A DNA stretch of 63,752 bases, the filler included, from an uncultured Methanosarcinales archaeon (GTDB lineage Archaea; Nanobdellota; Nanobdellia; Woesearchaeales; CAYMBN01): assembly GCA_964388715.1 (NCBI GenBank). It is 6 parts of 4 records of this genome, joined end to end, with 100 filler letters (N's around TTAATTAATTAA, not from the genome) between each part and the next. Parts side by side here need not be neighbours in the genome. Positions count along the whole stretch, not along the records: positions 51,375 to 61,919 come from CAYMBN010000005.1; positions 62,020 to 63,752 come from CAYMBN010000029.1; 4 more parts are not named here. One strand, written 5' to 3'. Shown here in pieces: positions 61,872 to 63,752 of this stretch. Numbering within the stretch: the stretch's first letter is position 1; each line of letters starts with the position of its first letter. Made by a program: the position numbers and the translations under genes. Below the pieces are notes generated by a model. That model saw nothing but the letters and a program-made list of their open reading frames with translations, did no database searches and was not told the origin of the DNA.

Positions 61872-61919
61872 TCAATTCCCAAATCGCCCTTTATGTGCTG
61901 GCAGCACAAATTTTTAAAA

Positions 61920-62019
61920 NNNNNNNNNNNNNNNNNNNNNNNNNNNNNNNNNNNNNNNNNNNNTTAATTAATTAANNNNNNNNNNNNNNNNNNNNNNNNN
62001 NNNNNNNNNNNNNNNNNNN
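61920..62019. other. Artificial contig spacer
   Basis: N-TTAATTAATTAA-N. Confidence 0.97.
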
Positions 62020-63752
62020 GATGTTTCTAAACCTGTTCCAGGATCATTTGGCTTTGCCATTATGTCAAATGAATCTCCGTAGAAAAGAGTTACTGTGTCG
62101 ACTACTAAACCTTCGACAGCCATGTTTTGGATTGTTGGTTTTGTTTTTTCATATAATTGATGAGTCAGTGTTAATATTGATTTTTCAGTTCCTTTTATCA
62201 TTGCTTCTAGTTTAAAGCTTATAGGTCCTTTTGGAGTTGCTTGTGTTGGACATTTTAATTTTATATTAAATGCTCCACTATGTTCTGCTCCTAAATTAAT
62301 GTTTCCAAATTCAGAACTCATTGCTGTTAAACTAAATTTATTTAATGGATCTTCTAATTGACATTTTGTAAGGTCATAAGGAACTCCTTTTGATGCTTCT
62401 GCAATAAATATTCTTATTCCATCAACACCAAATGTGTCTGATTCTGCTTTATTACTGCTGCTGAATTCAATTATGTATTCATCATTAACATATATCCTGT
62501 CATCATGTTTTACTTTTATATAATCACCTAATGATTTTTCAGGATTTGATGGGATTGTTGTACAAGTTTGAGTATTAGCAGGAATATTACAATTACAACT
62601 TCCTTCTGCACAATCTATTTCATTATTTCTATTATTATCTACACCATCATCACATACTTCACTTAAGCTACATGTTTCTCCTCTTGCATTTGTTTGTCCA
62701 GCACAATTAGGATCTGCACAATCTATCTTGTTATTATTATCATTATCAAAACCATCTGAACAAAGTTCTGGTGTGTTTTCTTGACCACTGCTTACACACA
62801 TTGCACCATAATATGTTCCAATCATTCCATTACAATCTTCTGTATCTTTACAATTTGTTTTGCCGTCTAAATCATTGTCATCTGCATCAGCGCATGCAAA
62901 TGCATTTATGTTTTCAACAACAGATAAACCTGGGAATCCTGTTATGCCGCATAAATTAAATCTGTGTTTACAATCTGTGTTAAATTCTCCTTGTTGTAAT
63001 TGATCTGTTGGTTTTTCATCATATCCTTCTATATCATCATGACCATCTGTTCCTGCATCAAAATCATTATTTTCTCCATCTTTACATAAATCAAATACAA
63101 ATAAATTGAATTCATAAGGTGCACATACTTTTGTAGGATCATCAGGATGCACAATACTTAAACAATCAGGATCATCACAATCAAATCCTCCAAAAGGATT
63201 TGTTTCATATTTATTTTTATTTTCATCCCAGAAATAAGTATCTAAATCATTATCTAATCCGTCGAAACATCTTCTTTTATCTTCTTCACCATCCACATTT
63301 AATAATTCTGAATCTGTTTTACAGTTTTCTGCATCTGCACAATCATAGTCAAAACAATCATGTCCAAATTTTTCTCCTGTATATGCAGATCTAAATGGTC
63401 CTTCGTCATATGGATGAGGTATTCTGTATCCCCCTAACCAGTCTCCTGCATTGGCTACTTGTCTGTCAAAGTCATTGTCTATTCCGTCTGAACACCAACC
63501 TGCACCATTGTTTTCAAATTTCGGACACGGATTAGCATCAATATCGTCGCTTGTTCCGCCTCTTCCCCAACAAGCTGAAGTATCATAACAATCAATTGAG
63601 TTTGTATCGCAGTCTCCTCCAAATGTATAGTCTGTACAATAATATGAAGTTACTAACCATGGGTTAGGGTTGGATGCATCATTATCAAATCTGTCGTCGC
63701 AACTACTTATTCCTTTAGTAGTTTTATCATAATATGAAACTCCTTGCATTGG
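62020..63752 (-). CDS. Fragment of a giant Cys/Asp-rich repeat surface protein
   Basis: Repeated CxDGxDNDxD..DCxDxxC units; open at both ends. Confidence 0.8.

Noticed and set aside
60840..61919. GC-rich repeats as a CRISPR array or tRNA genes
   Set aside because: Units are 120-150 bp, separated by whole genes, with no constant 25-40 bp repeat, no cas genes and no cloverleaf or T-loop.
7769..62019. Five identical TTAATTAATTAA palindromes in N runs
   Set aside because: Artificial contig linkers; ORF ends reading XXXLIN are artefacts.
61866..63752. Giant repeat protein as cargo of cassette 3
   Set aside because: A contig spacer separates them, so the adjacency is artificial.

Overview
AT-rich archaeal DNA, most likely DPANN/Woesearchaeota-like (inference from histone, RadA/RadB, RPA, aIF5A, L40e, aRF1, PAN, archaeal S2, TATA-box promoters and bacterial-type glyA/folC/dusB). 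It is six separate contigs joined by artificial 100-nt N-ttaattaattaa-N spacers, so gene adjacency across spacers means nothing. Highlights: (1) an integron-like cassette array at 59.6-61.9 kb, where a divergent tyrosine recombinase that lacks the IntI-specific insertion is followed by an attI-like site and at least two complete cassettes, each bounded by covarying attC-like palindromes with cassette-matched AAC/GTT cores; (2) sixteen consecutive genes with class III (type IV pilin-like) signal peptides, one ending in a lytic transglycosylase domain and one in a degenerate amidase-like domain; (3) a candidate C/D-box guide RNA possibly aimed at the 23S A-loop; (4) a P-type ATPase with PNSLP in place of PEGLP; (5) several unexplained palindromic or tandem intergenic elements. 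The rest is housekeeping, glycosylation, peptidase, folate and large surface-protein genes.
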